Shown piece after piece: positions 17,666 to 27,673 of a stretch of 45,568 nt of DNA. The notes under the pieces were generated by a model. It had not been told where the DNA came from and made no database searches. It was given only the letters and a program-made list of their open reading frames with translations. The position numbers and the translations under genes were made by a program. The stretch is from the IMG/VR virus record IMGVR_UViG_3300031418_000024; one strand, given 5' to 3'. This DNA is from a virus. The stretch's first letter is position 1, and the number at the start of each line of letters is the position of its first letter.

Positions 17666-19774
17666 ATGACAGCAGGAACCATTGCACTAACGAATGGCAG
17701 CAAGATCGTTACCGGCACCGGGACGGCGTTCACTACAGACACCGCGGCGGCAGACTTCATCATCGTCAACGTTGGTGGGACTGTATATTCACTGGCTGTG
17801 GATTCAGTGACGGATGACACTCACCTGAAACTGGTGCTTGATTTTGATGGACCAACCCAGAGCGGTGTCGCGTGGACTAACGTCCCGTATGGCGCGCAGA
17901 TGCGACTGACGCAGCAAATGGGTAATGACATGTCGCGCCTGATGCGCTTCTACCTGACAGACAAAAGCAACTGGCAGAAAATCCTGACCGGCCCCGGTGA
18001 AGTGACCATCAAGTTTCCGGACGGATCGGAAGAGACTGGACTCTCATGGCCAGCGCTGCAGCAGGCCGTGGGCGACGCCTTACAGGTCCGTGGGGAGATC
18101 GCCGCAGGCGTTGACCTGAATACCCTTGGGCCTGACTCTAAAGGAATCTGGATCCAGCCTGTGGACGTCAATGCAGCAACCGCGATGCATTATCCGGAAG
18201 CCAGCAAGGGCGGAACGCTTGAGGTTCTCCCCCATCGCCAGGGCGTCATCCAGCGATACACGACTCAGGCGATGACCACCTATTCCCGCACGCCATCAGC
18301 GCAATGGAATGGAACGGACGGACCATGGTCACCATGGGCGGTCACAGCCAGAGCTACCGGCAACACGATCAGCGCCAATGATGTCACTTACAAAGGAACC
18401 GCCACCGGTTCAGTGGAGGAGAGCGCAGCAGAAAACCTGGGTCGCACGGTTTATATCGAATCGTTCGGCGCTAAGGGTGACGGCGTAACCGATGACACTG
18501 CAGCCATTCAGGCAGCGCTTAACGACAAAGCCGCGGTGGTGACCTGTTCATCAAAGGTTAAAAAGCACTTCCGCATCACCGGTTCTCTGTTTATGACAAC
18601 CGACCAGCAAAAGCTATCGCTGAACATGTCTGAGCTGGTTATGGACAACGCGGCGGGCGATAAGTCGCACATTGTCATGGGTACGGGTAACCCGCAGATC
18701 AACTACCCGGTAGTTGAGCGCGTAACCTTCATCTCTAAGCAGATTATGAGCGTCTTCTGCGTCCAGGTGAATAACGTCGGTGGTCCAGTGGTACAGGACT
18801 GTCTGGCATACGGCGATGCAAAACTATGGGGCCTGGTTGGCATCAATCGCTGCGTGGTCGCCTACATCCGCCGCAACACTGCAGATGGCTACATTGACAC
18901 GGCAGTCCGTGCAGTTGGGACAGGGCTTGACTCCAACAGGGCTGTAGACGTCGCTATCTATGATAACCGCTTTGTCGGTGGTCGTCGTGCTATGAGCTAT
19001 GGTGACTTCTGCGAGGGTGGATTCATCCGTCGCAATATTTGCTACAACCAGAGCGACTACCAGCTGGCTCTTGAACCTTCATCAGCAGCAAACGCCCTGC
19101 TGTCATTCAAGATCCAGGATAATGACTTTGATACTGGTGATGGCATTTATGCTCAGTTCGTGAAGAACATCCAGATCAACGGTAACTGGTTTGCAGCTCA
19201 CAGAACGAAACCAATGATCCGCCTTGAGAAGACTGACAGTGTGATTGTTCAGGGTAACCAGGCTTATGCCGGAGATACCTGGATGCTGGATAACGGCGTC
19301 AACACCGCGGTGCTGGGAAACCTTTCTGTGGGTGGTAAGTTCGCTCTCGTTTATGGTGCTGATGCCACACTCAACTCAGCTATTGGTAACCACTTCACCG
19401 GATGCAGTGAGTACGCGATCAACACCAATTCCCACACCAAAGATCTGCTGATCCGTGATAACCGACTTCAGGGCGCGAAGGGCGGCATCGCCACCACCGG
19501 AACGTCACCAGATCACAAGTATTATGGCAACCTGGGCGACACGGCAGTAGGTCAGGGCCAGGAGGTGACAATGAGCGCATCGCCTTACAATTATAAAGTT
19601 GGTCCGCGTCCTGAAATTCTGGGATTCAAGGGCGGAACAATCCAGAGCATCTATGTCAATGGCGTGCCTATGGCCACATCGTCTAACGTTGTTCTGGGGC
19701 CACTGCCTCCTGGCGCTGCTGTTTATGTCACCTACACTGGTGGCACTCCGGGCCTGGGCGTTCTTCGCGTATAG
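17666..19774 (+). CDS. Tail fibre / tailspike with pectate-lyase-type beta-helix (putative capsule depolymerase)
   Basis: FGAKGDGVTDDTAAIQAAL motif followed by repetitive beta-helix-like sequence; conserved fibre-anchor-like N-terminus. Confidence 0.7.
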   Translation: MTAGTIALTNGSKIVTGTGTAFTTDTAAADFIIVNVGGTVYSLAVDSVTDDTHLKLVLDFDGPTQSGVAWTNVPYGAQMRLTQQMGNDMSRLMRFYLTDKSNWQKILTGPGEVTIKFPDGSEETGLSWPALQQAVGDALQVRGEIAAGVDLNTLGPDSKGIWIQPVDVNAATAMHYPEASKGGTLEVLPHRQGVIQRYTTQAMTTYSRTPSAQWNGTDGPWSPWAVTARATGNTISANDVTYKGTATGSVEESAAENLGRTVYIESFGAKGDGVTDDTAAIQAALNDKAAVVTCSSKVKKHFRITGSLFMTTDQQKLSLNMSELVMDNAAGDKSHIVMGTGNPQINYPVVERVTFISKQIMSVFCVQVNNVGGPVVQDCLAYGDAKLWGLVGINRCVVAYIRRNTADGYIDTAVRAVGTGLDSNRAVDVAIYDNRFVGGRRAMSYGDFCEGGFIRRNICYNQSDYQLALEPSSAANALLSFKIQDNDFDTGDGIYAQFVKNIQINGNWFAAHRTKPMIRLEKTDSVIVQGNQAYAGDTWMLDNGVNTAVLGNLSVGGKFALVYGADATLNSAIGNHFTGCSEYAINTNSHTKDLLIRDNRLQGAKGGIATTGTSPDHKYYGNLGDTAVGQGQEVTMSASPYNYKVGPRPEILGFKGGTIQSIYVNGVPMATSSNVVLGPLPPGAAVYVTYTGGTPGLGVLRV

Positions 19775-19785
19775 CAGGGGAAGAC

Positions 19786-20508
19786 ATGAAAAAGACAATC
19801 ACTCGATCACCATTTACGGGGGCGCCCTTCGGGGCGTTTGGTGAGGCGGCTAAGCCGCTTCCCCCAGCTCCGGCATTCACCACACAGCCGGGGACGAATG
19901 CCACCACCGGAACGGCCAACGGCCAGACCCACACTGATGTGTTGTTCCAGCCTGGCGGAGTGATGACCATCCAGGGTGCGGCTGCATCTGGTGTGGAGAG
20001 CTGGCAGTGGCAAAAACAGAGCGGCGACGGTTCGTGGCAGAACATCTCAGGGAGAACCGGCGCGACCATCACCATCAACAGTGCACCAGAGACGGCTACT
20101 GGCGTCTATCGCGTGCTGGCGCGTAATGCAGGGGGCGAGACGCCATCTGAACCGGTGACGGTCACAGCAGCCTTCCTGTACCTCCAGCCGCTGGCTGCTG
20201 GTACTGACCCAACTCTGACGCAGTCGGCTGATCGGTTGGCTTACAGCGGGACGGATACGGTGAGCGCCACAGTGACAGCGAAGTTTATCGCCCTAATCCG
20301 CTCTTTCGCTGCGCCAACCGCGAATTACATGGCGGTCACAGGCGGCCTCAGCGCCACCACAAGCGACGCAACCAATTATCCGGTAACAACGTATGCCTCT
20401 GGCTCTACAGCGCGACAGGTTGAGGTAGGCACGAAATCAGCCGGTACTGCTACTGTTGCGGTCAAGTTGGCTGCATTACAATCAACCTTAACTCTCACAG
20501 TCTCATAG
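19786..20508 (+). CDS. Ig-like domain protein (two Ig/BIG2-like modules)
   Basis: WQWQKQSGDGSWQNISG...GVYRVLARNAGGE (I-set-like) and a C-terminal ...GTATVAVKLAALQSTLTLTVS (BIG2-like). Confidence 0.5.
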   Translation: MKKTITRSPFTGAPFGAFGEAAKPLPPAPAFTTQPGTNATTGTANGQTHTDVLFQPGGVMTIQGAAASGVESWQWQKQSGDGSWQNISGRTGATITINSAPETATGVYRVLARNAGGETPSEPVTVTAAFLYLQPLAAGTDPTLTQSADRLAYSGTDTVSATVTAKFIALIRSFAAPTANYMAVTGGLSATTSDATNYPVTTYASGSTARQVEVGTKSAGTATVAVKLAALQSTLTLTVS

Positions 20509-20516
20509 GATGACCC

Positions 20517-20750
20517 ATGACAACCAAAGCTATTAAGGTAAGCACAACATTCCAGGCAATCGGCGACGGCACAAAGTCGGTACTGATCGAGGCGCAGGGT
20601 GGTGACTTCGGATGGACTGATGCATCAGCCCCGGATGCGACTACGCCGGTGCATAATCTTCGCAGTGGTGAATCAATTCTTTTGCCAGCGGGGATTAACG
20701 TTCAGGTGATGGGCGGTGGTGGAAGTTGCGTTTATACCATCTATCCATAA
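20517..20750 (+). CDS. Hypothetical protein (77 aa)
   Basis: ORF with RBS aggatg; last gene of the rightward late operon. Confidence 0.5.
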   Translation: MTTKAIKVSTTFQAIGDGTKSVLIEAQGGDFGWTDASAPDATTPVHNLRSGESILLPAGINVQVMGGGGSCVYTIYP

Positions 20751-20753
20751 AAA

Positions 20754-20773
20754 ATGGCCCCGATTGGGGCCAT
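20754..20773. terminator. Bidirectional terminator between convergent operons
   Basis: ATGGCCCC-gatt-GGGGCCAT; an A-run upstream gives a T-run on the minus strand, and a T-rich tail lies downstream. Confidence 0.7.
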
Positions 20774-20777
20774 TCTC

Positions 20778-21116
20778 TTATTTGCTTTCGGCAATCAGTA
20801 TCGCAATTGCCTGCTCGCGCGTGATGTAAAGCTCATCCTCACTGCACGCGCTGGTATTAAGCCAGCGTCCGTCACTGTCCTGGATAGCCCCTGGCAGCTC
20901 CTCCATATCATCAGCGTCACCTCTCGCGCTGATTAGCATATGCCACGGAAGGTGCAGAGCCTTACCCAGTTTCATTAGCGTCTCAATCTGTGGGATCTCC
21001 ACACCACCTTCCCATTTGCTGATCTGGGACTGAGCCACACTGGCACGCTGAGCCAGTTCGGTCTGCGAGTAACCGCGCAGGCGGCGGAATGATTTTAAAC
21101 GGCAAGTCAGGTTCAT
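20778..21116 (-). CDS. XRE-family helix-turn-helix DNA-binding protein
   Basis: LRGYSQTELAQRASVAQSQISKWEGG is a classic Cro/CI-type HTH. Confidence 0.7.
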   Translation of the reverse strand: MNLTCRLKSFRRLRGYSQTELAQRASVAQSQISKWEGGVEIPQIETLMKLGKALHLPWHMLISARGDADDMEELPGAIQDSDGRWLNTSACSEDELYITREQAIAILIAESK

Positions 21117-21163
21117 CTTTGGTTCCTCAAGGCCGGATGTCCGGCCCGTTAAAAGTTGTCAGA

Positions 21164-21643
21164 TCAGAATGGAATATCGTCATCAAAATCTAATGGCGGC
21201 TCATTGGTTGCTGCTGGCGCTGGTCTCGATTGTGGTGCCGGTCGCTGCTGCTGAGGTTGTGGAGTCTGCCCACCATTTCCGCCGCCCTGTCCTTCAGACT
21301 TTCCACCCAGCATCTGCAGCACCGCTGATGGACCCTGGAGAACGATTTCAGTGGTGTAACGCTTCTCTCCTTCCTTCTCCCATTCGCGGGTGGTCAGCTT
21401 GCCCTGCACCAGTAACTGTTGACCCTTTTTGCAGTACTCGCCAGCAATCTCTGCCAGCTTTCCCCATACCACGATCCGATGCCACTCGCTTTTCTCTTTC
21501 TTCTCGCCGGTGTTCTTGTCACGCCAGGTCTCTTTGGTCGCCAGAGACAGGTTACACACCGCGTTGCCGTTAGGGAGAAAACGAACCTCTGGATCCTTGC
21601 CCAGACGGCCGCACAAAGTTACCTGGTTAAAATCATTTGCCAT
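21164..21643 (-). CDS. ssb: Single-stranded DNA-binding protein
   Basis: OB-fold N-terminus, Gly/Gln/Pro-rich linker and acidic tail DFDDDIPF. Confidence 0.9.
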   Translation of the reverse strand: MANDFNQVTLCGRLGKDPEVRFLPNGNAVCNLSLATKETWRDKNTGEKKEKSEWHRIVVWGKLAEIAGEYCKKGQQLLVQGKLTTREWEKEGEKRYTTEIVLQGPSAVLQMLGGKSEGQGGGNGGQTPQPQQQRPAPQSRPAPAATNEPPLDFDDDIPF

Positions 21644-21646
21644 GGT

Positions 21647-22333
21647 TTAAAAGTCCGATTGATCGCCAGCGGCAGGAGCTGCTGGAGTGTTGTTGTCAGT
21701 TGTCGCTGCAGCTTGCACGGTGACAGTTTTTTCACCCTTCAAGGCGTTTGCGGGAGCGGCGGGGTTAAAATTCCTCGATTCTTTAATCGTCAGCGCGGCA
21801 CCGACATCGCGGACCTGATCGGCCAGCGCTTTCTTCATTGCTGGGTTTTTGCTGACTTCTGACCATATGGCTTTCAGTTTCTCTGTAGACTCGCAACGGT
21901 CGATCATGGTCATGTATTCTTCAACGGTGCGCTCTGCGCCGCGCTGACCATCGTCATCAGCCGCATTGAGGTCGAATATTGCCAGTTTCGCATAACGACG
22001 ACCATAGCTGATTGCTGAGCCAGCACCCTGTGGATCGGCCTTGCCCAGTGGAATCTGGATAACGTCGCTCATACTCTGACCGCTTGGAACGTGAATCAGC
22101 GTCACTGAAATCAGCATCACATCCTTTGCCTGGCCCGCTTCATGAGTCGGGTTGCAGATCATCAACAGGTTGTTCGTTGACATCGCAGGCCCCATCGCGT
22201 CGTTCACGGCGCTAAGGTCAGCATAGTTGGTTTTAAATCCATCATTTCGGCGGTTCTTCTGAGGCTTAACCATCGTGCTACGTGCTTTCACGAAGGCTTC
22301 TAAAAGCTGGTCGCATGGGTCGGAGAACTTCAT
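21647..22333 (-). CDS. erf: Erf-family single-strand annealing protein
   Basis: FKTNYADLSAV ... GSAISYGRRYAKLAIFDLNAADDDG matches the ERF signature. Confidence 0.75.
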   Translation of the reverse strand: MKFSDPCDQLLEAFVKARSTMVKPQKNRRNDGFKTNYADLSAVNDAMGPAMSTNNLLMICNPTHEAGQAKDVMLISVTLIHVPSGQSMSDVIQIPLGKADPQGAGSAISYGRRYAKLAIFDLNAADDDGQRGAERTVEEYMTMIDRCESTEKLKAIWSEVSKNPAMKKALADQVRDVGAALTIKESRNFNPAAPANALKGEKTVTVQAAATTDNNTPAAPAAGDQSDF

Positions 22334-23367
22334 TTTTTCATTACCTCTTTGATCAGGTGTTCGTACTGACGTTCAACGTAATATGGTGGGTCGAGATCGA
22401 CTGACTCGCCATTGTTATAGGTGGGCCAGATGTCAGCCTCTTTCGCTGCCTTGTACATGCTCAGCGCCTGCTTAAGCTGGGCGGTGCCGATGATGCGGGT
22501 TTTTTCAGTAAGCGCAAACTTCACCGCCTGGAATGGTGCAGCGGTTTCCTGTGCCAGCAACACAACCTCTGATGGCGGGCGGTCATAGGCTTTGCTGAAC
22601 ACGTGATACTGGAGCGCCATCTTGATGTGGTAGCCCAGGTCAAACGAGCGGCGGGCGAAGCGTTCCGGCTCTGCGTTCTCACAGGTTTTATAATCCCAAA
22701 GGCCAGCTATGTCCGTGACGCGGTCAATGCGGATTTTAACCGGCACGCCCATAAGCATGGTGAAGATGGAGATCTCACTTGCGCCGCCTTCGATAACCTC
22801 ATTGAACTGTGGGTTCTCCAGCAGCACGTGACGCATCCGGGTGATTTTGTCGAAGTCCTCAGCCTTAATCAGCTCGCGCTCGCCTGCTTCTTCTTTTGCG
22901 GCCTTCTCCACTTCATGCCAGAAAATGGGCATCTTCTCGTTCTCGTCGATTGCGACGGCATCGCGGATCATGGCGATAAGCTCGAACGGGTCTGACTTTG
23001 AACGACCAGCCAGGCCGCGATCTTTCATCCATGACTGAAGACCGGCAACTGAGGTGATAATCAGCTTTTTATCTTCGTAGTCATTGACGGATGGAGCGCG
23101 AACATAGGAAGAGTCAAATACTGACTTCTCCAGCATGTTGGTATGGGCGTTAGTACCGAACTGCATCGCCTTTGACTTTTTGTCCTCTGGCTCTGGGTCA
23201 GCGAAGCGCCAGCCTGCCAGCGACTTGTGGAGCATCGCGGTAATGGATGAGCCGCTGATGTGCGACGTGTTCGCGTGGTATTCTTCGTTGGTCAGTTCTG
23301 TTGACTGAAATACGATTGACTCGCCGTCTGAAGCGGCCTGCTCTAATCGTGTCTGGATATCTGACAT
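22330..23367 (-). CDS. PD-(D/E)XK exonuclease (RecE/exonuclease VIII-like partner of Erf)
   Basis: IRIDRV...LWDYKTC nuclease motif; ATGA overlap with erf. Confidence 0.65.
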   Translation of the reverse strand: MSDIQTRLEQAASDGESIVFQSTELTNEEYHANTSHISGSSITAMLHKSLAGWRFADPEPEDKKSKAMQFGTNAHTNMLEKSVFDSSYVRAPSVNDYEDKKLIITSVAGLQSWMKDRGLAGRSKSDPFELIAMIRDAVAIDENEKMPIFWHEVEKAAKEEAGERELIKAEDFDKITRMRHVLLENPQFNEVIEGGASEISIFTMLMGVPVKIRIDRVTDIAGLWDYKTCENAEPERFARRSFDLGYHIKMALQYHVFSKAYDRPPSEVVLLAQETAAPFQAVKFALTEKTRIIGTAQLKQALSMYKAAKEADIWPTYNNGESVDLDPPYYVERQYEHLIKEVMKK

Positions 23368-23403
23368 CTGGTTATCTCCGTTGCTAATGTGGCGCTGATA
23401 ATA

Positions 23404-23883
23404 TTACGTGCGCATACTAGATGTAAAGTAATAATTTGCAGCCTGGAACAATGACTCCACGCCATAGGCTACCGCGGTAAAGGCTCCGCGCCCTCGGGCC
23501 AGTTGTAGTGTATCCTTCTGGCGCTGGCTCACCGGGCTGGCCAGCGTCTTGGTGGCGCGCTTCAGCTCAATCAGGGCAAATGGGTGAAGCGGCGTCGGAT
23601 GGAGCACGACCCAGTCAGACATCCCCGGCCAGATCCCCATCGCCAGCTTTTTCTCCCGGTCCTGCACGCTGCCCTCAGTCTCGTTCGGGACGTGGAAGGC
23701 GATAACGTCCGGATAGACGTAGGGCCACTTGCTGGCTACTGCCTTCTGTAGGTCATCTTCCAAGCGGACATCCTTCGGATCGCGCCAGTAAAACTCCAGC
23801 GCAAATCCCAGGTCGGTTATGGTTCCTGTTGCCGGTGGCTCATGCCAGAACTTGACCGGCTTTTTGGCTTTGTACTTCCGCAT
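23404..23883 (-). CDS. VRR-NUC domain nuclease
   Basis: HVPNE ... AMGIWPGMSDWVVL ... ALIELKRATK...SPVSQRQKD pattern. Confidence 0.7.
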   Translation of the reverse strand: MRKYKAKKPVKFWHEPPATGTITDLGFALEFYWRDPKDVRLEDDLQKAVASKWPYVYPDVIAFHVPNETEGSVQDREKKLAMGIWPGMSDWVVLHPTPLHPFALIELKRATKTLASPVSQRQKDTLQLARGRGAFTAVAYGVESLFQAANYYFTSSMRT

Positions 23884-25835
23884 TAAAATAACTCCACGCT
23901 GAACACTTTGCGGCTGATGGCATCACGCTTGCCGTTATCGATCCGGCGATGGGTGACGCGGTCAGGCTTCTGGAAATAATGGGCCAGGGCCATAATCTGC
24001 CCGATGTTTTTCGCTCTGAGTACTTCCTTCCGCAGGTTAGGCACCATGATGTGCTTATTGACTGCGCCGTCTTTCCACGCCGCCTTGCTGCCCACCCCAT
24101 TATCCAGCGGCCAGAATACCTCACTGGCTTTGAACTGCTCCTCACTGCCCGGATCCTGAAGCGTGTACTGGAACACAATGCCCTCGCCGTTTGATGTCGG
24201 GTTTACCCGGAAGTTAATCACGTTGCAGTAGTCGTCATTCGTGTATGCCTTGCCGGACAGTTTTTTGTTCGGGTCGATGAGTGTGTTATTGCAGAGACGG
24301 CAGAAGCGCGCCGCAATATCATTCTCAGCCCCGCAGCCCTCAGACAGGACGACGTTAGGCAAGTGTGGGTGAACCAGGTCAACACATTTCCGGGACTTCC
24401 AGAAGTGCTCACAGCGGCCGTCAAGCGAGTCAGCGTCTTCATTCATGCAGCGGCGTGCGAACTTGCCGTTCTCAGCGCTACACTTCGGGCATTCCTTAAC
24501 GGCACCATTGCGAACGGCTGTTTCGTGGCTGTACTGCTCCAGGAACTCGCTGAAGTACAGATCGGACAAATCCTCCATAGTCCCGGCGAAGTCGTAGACC
24601 ATGCAGTCCTCTTTGCTCATCCCCAGTTCCTCGCGGTGGTACGCTTTAAGCTGGCGCATTCCACGCCCTACCAGCTGAGTTAGCAGGGTTAGCGATCCGA
24701 TACGGCGCAGGATGACGATGGTGTCCCATGGTGGAATGTTAACGCCGGTAGTCAGGCAGCCCACCTGGAAGATGAATTTACACTCATTCTCATAGGCAGC
24801 TTTCAGGATGCGTTTGCGCTCAGCCTTCGTCGTCTCCTGCGTGACGATGCCATAGCTGACACCTTCGGGGAGAGCGGCGGCGGCCTCCTGGCAGTGCTTC
24901 AATCCTGCGCACGTGACGAGCACGCAGTTGCGATGCTTCGTTACCTTGACCATCATGTCCATAATGCGCTGGGTCATGCTGCCAGATGCCAGTATGGCCT
25001 CCTGCATCGCCACCAGGTCAGCACTACCGAAATCACCATCACCTTCGTTGCCATCACTATGGAACTGATCGAGGTCATAGCCCAGCCCCTCAGCGGAGCC
25101 GAAGTAGGTCGGAACCACTGACCCAAACTTGACCAGGTATGGGCTGTCGATGTCCACGATCTTCTCGCGCCAGAATCCTGGGCTTTTGAGGTCGTTGTTG
25201 ATGATCGCCTCAGTACCACGATAATCGGTGCCGGTGTAGCCGATGATAATCAGCTCCCGACCATACATCTCCCGGCAGCGTCGTTGCAGCTCGCGGATGA
25301 TGATGGTTGCAGATGAGCGACCCTCCTCTATCATCTGACTCATATCCTCATCAGCCTGCTCACTGTTTACCACGTCAGTGACGTTCACCTGATGGCATTC
25401 ATCGATCAGCAGCACGCGCGGCACGAAGTTAATCAGCTTGCCATCCAGGGCGTTGACCACGGTTCCCTCGCTACCGGCGATAACAGGATAATGAGACGAG
25501 CGGCGGCCCAGTGATGCACTGAACACGGAGTTAGGCACACCGAAGTTCCGCACCTCGTCATGGTCCTGCTCAATAATCTCACCCTGGCGCGACATAATGA
25601 GGACCGACCATTTCAGCTGGCGGGCCCGCTTACAGACCATCGCGATCATGACCGTCTTACCGGCAGATACCGCTGCTTTAACCACGACGGGGTATTTATA
25701 ATCGCGGATGCTTTCGGCTGTGATCCGGTATGTCATCCACTGATAAGAGAAGGGAGGAAACGGGCATTCGCCCAGCATTGCCTCCAGTTTCGGAATGTTG
25801 GTTTTCTCAATCTCTGCGTCGATATTAAATTTCAT
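23883..25835 (-). CDS. DEAH-box superfamily 2 helicase with C-terminal zinc ribbons
   Basis: Walker A AVSAGKT, LIDECHQ, later helicase motifs, and CPKC...CxxC clusters. Confidence 0.85.
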   Translation of the reverse strand: MKFNIDAEIEKTNIPKLEAMLGECPFPPFSYQWMTYRITAESIRDYKYPVVVKAAVSAGKTVMIAMVCKRARQLKWSVLIMSRQGEIIEQDHDEVRNFGVPNSVFSASLGRRSSHYPVIAGSEGTVVNALDGKLINFVPRVLLIDECHQVNVTDVVNSEQADEDMSQMIEEGRSSATIIIRELQRRCREMYGRELIIIGYTGTDYRGTEAIINNDLKSPGFWREKIVDIDSPYLVKFGSVVPTYFGSAEGLGYDLDQFHSDGNEGDGDFGSADLVAMQEAILASGSMTQRIMDMMVKVTKHRNCVLVTCAGLKHCQEAAAALPEGVSYGIVTQETTKAERKRILKAAYENECKFIFQVGCLTTGVNIPPWDTIVILRRIGSLTLLTQLVGRGMRQLKAYHREELGMSKEDCMVYDFAGTMEDLSDLYFSEFLEQYSHETAVRNGAVKECPKCSAENGKFARRCMNEDADSLDGRCEHFWKSRKCVDLVHPHLPNVVLSEGCGAENDIAARFCRLCNNTLIDPNKKLSGKAYTNDDYCNVINFRVNPTSNGEGIVFQYTLQDPGSEEQFKASEVFWPLDNGVGSKAAWKDGAVNKHIMVPNLRKEVLRAKNIGQIMALAHYFQKPDRVTHRRIDNGKRDAISRKVFSVELF

Positions 25836-25904
25836 TTGCCTATTGCCTCATCTGTGAAGGCGTGTATTATTACCCACACATCATACACAACGCAAGGCTA
25901 AATT

Positions 25905-26549
25905 ATGAAACAGAAAGAAGATGAGCAGACCATTGAAGCGTTCAGCAATGGCCTCATCGCATCGCACTACACCCCCCTGCTGCCTCCGACGTCAGAGGTT
26001 ATCAGCGGTAATCGCTGGATGGGCAGCAAGACTCCTGACCGGATCCGCGACCTCTGGTCTACGCCGCTCTGGCTGTTCCGCTACCTTGACCAGCGTTATG
26101 GCCCGTTCAACATTGATGGCGCAGCCAGTGCCAATAATGCGAAGTGTGCGCGCTACTTCAGTCTGGGTGGCGAGGATGCGTTTTTCGCGAAGGTGGTTAA
26201 GGGAGATAAGATTTTTGTTAACTGCCCATACTCGCACGTTCAGCCATGGGTGACATTAGCTAAGAAGTGGCTGGCTGCTGGTGCTGAAGTGACAATGGTC
26301 CTTCCTCATGATGTGTCAACGCAGTGGGCTGCAGATGGAATTATCAGCGCAGCTGAAATCATTCACATCATCGGTTCTGTTTCTGGTGATAAATGGCGAA
26401 CTGGCCGTGTGGGTTTCGTTAATGCAGATTCCGGGAAGGAAGTTGGTGGAAATAATAAACCAACATTGATTCTCCACTTTAAGCCTAAATCGAAGTGCAG
26501 CAAAACGCTGTACATCTCACGGCCAATGATGGAGAAAGCGGCAGTATGA
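25905..26549 (+). CDS. dam: Phage Dam-type DNA N6-adenine methyltransferase
   Basis: FVNCPYS catalytic-loop variant of (D/N)PPY; size and context as in T1-type Dam genes. Confidence 0.7.
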   Translation: MKQKEDEQTIEAFSNGLIASHYTPLLPPTSEVISGNRWMGSKTPDRIRDLWSTPLWLFRYLDQRYGPFNIDGAASANNAKCARYFSLGGEDAFFAKVVKGDKIFVNCPYSHVQPWVTLAKKWLAAGAEVTMVLPHDVSTQWAADGIISAAEIIHIIGSVSGDKWRTGRVGFVNADSGKEVGGNNKPTLILHFKPKSKCSKTLYISRPMMEKAAV

Positions 26550-26662
26550 TTCCGCGTGGGAGCATGTTCTGGGCAATGCTGTGCTATGGGTTCCTGGCGA
26601 CAGCGGCGAATGATATTAACGGAGGTGATGGCCAGCGCGCTGTCACTCGCAGGTGGTGCTGA
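26546..26662 (+). CDS. Possible 38-aa hydrophobic peptide (below the ORF-track cutoff)
   Basis: ATGA overlap with the dam stop and TGATG overlap with the next start fills an otherwise empty 112-bp gap. Confidence 0.25.
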   Translation: MIPRGSMFWAMLCYGFLATAANDINGGDGQRAVTRRWC

Positions 26663-26883
26663 TGAAAGAGATCGAAGTAAGTGCAATCATGGAGCGTGAT
26701 ATTTTCTACGCACCTTTGGCTATAACCCCATGCGGGGTTGTTTATGTATGGCGTGGCGAATGGATAAGACTGAATCCAAAGATAGGATCAGATCTCGATC
26801 ATTGGACTAACCGCGCTTATGACGGGAGAGACCGCCGCATCTATCGTGGCATCTTCACAATCAAGGTGGCAGCCCATGGCTAG
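26662..26883 (+). CDS. Hypothetical protein (73 aa)
   Basis: ATG 26662 after aggtgg. Confidence 0.5.
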   Translation: MKEIEVSAIMERDIFYAPLAITPCGVVYVWRGEWIRLNPKIGSDLDHWTNRAYDGRDRRIYRGIFTIKVAAHG

Positions 26884-27148
26884 ATTATCCCAGGAAGATC
26901 AGGCCCGCGAATACCTCGACCTGCTGGTGTCCATGGAGCTTTGCGTAAAGCTGGCCCGCAAGCATGGTGAGAAGGTTAACACCAGTCTGCGCAACTGCTG
27001 CACAGCTCTGATGCAACGCATCCGCGATCACCAGAATTACCTGATCGTGCAGGGCGTCCGTAAACAACCATTCCCAGCTGGTGCCGTTGACATGATGCGC
27101 CGCCAGCTTGATCAATTCCTTACCGATGAAGGTGGCAAAGATGAGTGA
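26876..27148 (+). CDS. Hypothetical protein (90 aa)
   Basis: ATG 26876 overlaps the previous stop by 8 nt. Confidence 0.5.
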   Translation: MARLSQEDQAREYLDLLVSMELCVKLARKHGEKVNTSLRNCCTALMQRIRDHQNYLIVQGVRKQPFPAGAVDMMRRQLDQFLTDEGGKDE

Positions 27149-27467
27149 AATCAGCGAAGCTGCGAAAAAAATGGTCCGTCATTATGTTGGCGTGGAAAAT
27201 CCTCAGATAAGCGTTTTTGGTGACGTTTGGCATATTGAGGGTGACCGGGATAATGCTGAGGAATTGGCTCAGCACATTTTGGATCTGCAGCATAAATATG
27301 ATGCGCTGGCCGCACTGACTGCGCAGCCCATTAAACTGGCTAAGGATTTAAAGCTGAGTGAAAAGGCGCACCAGTCTCACATCGATTATGCCGAAGGGTA
27401 TAACGACAGGGCGGAAATGGATCGCGCAGCCATCCGTGCAGCCGGTTATCAGGTGGAGGGTGAATGA
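27141..27467 (+). CDS. Hypothetical protein (108 aa)
   Basis: ATG 27141 after aaggtgg; overlaps the previous stop. Confidence 0.5.
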   Translation: MSEISEAAKKMVRHYVGVENPQISVFGDVWHIEGDRDNAEELAQHILDLQHKYDALAALTAQPIKLAKDLKLSEKAHQSHIDYAEGYNDRAEMDRAAIRAAGYQVEGE

Positions 27468-27673
27468 TGCAGTGGGTGCTGATCATGGTCGTACTCTGGG
27501 GCAATGCCCCGGCAGTTAATACGCAGGTATTTTACTCAAAGGAAACCTGCGATCTGGCCGCCGCCGCTTTCGAGGACATGAAATCCTTCAGCACTGGCGG
27601 TTCATACAAGGCGAAGTGTGTACAACGCAGCGTTGACCAATACGGCGCTATTCACCTGGATAAACAGCCATGA
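27464..27673 (+). CDS. Small protein with N-terminal signal or transmembrane segment (69 aa)
   Basis: MMQWVLIMVVLWGNAPA hydrophobic N-terminus; ATGA overlap. Confidence 0.5.
   Translation: MMQWVLIMVVLWGNAPAVNTQVFYSKETCDLAAAAFEDMKSFSTGGSYKAKCVQRSVDQYGAIHLDKQP

Noticed and set aside
20778-21116. The XRE/CI-type HTH protein could indicate a temperate lifestyle.
   Set aside because: I recognised no integrase, excisionase, partition or attP-like feature, and the gene sits at the tail of the recombination operon. It is more likely an accessory regulator in a virulent phage.
21117-21163. The hairpin GGCCGGA-tgt-CCGGCC between ssb and the HTH gene, considered as a terminator.
   Set aside because: There is no U-tract on the transcribed (minus) strand. 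It may be an mRNA-stability hairpin, but there is not enough evidence to call it.
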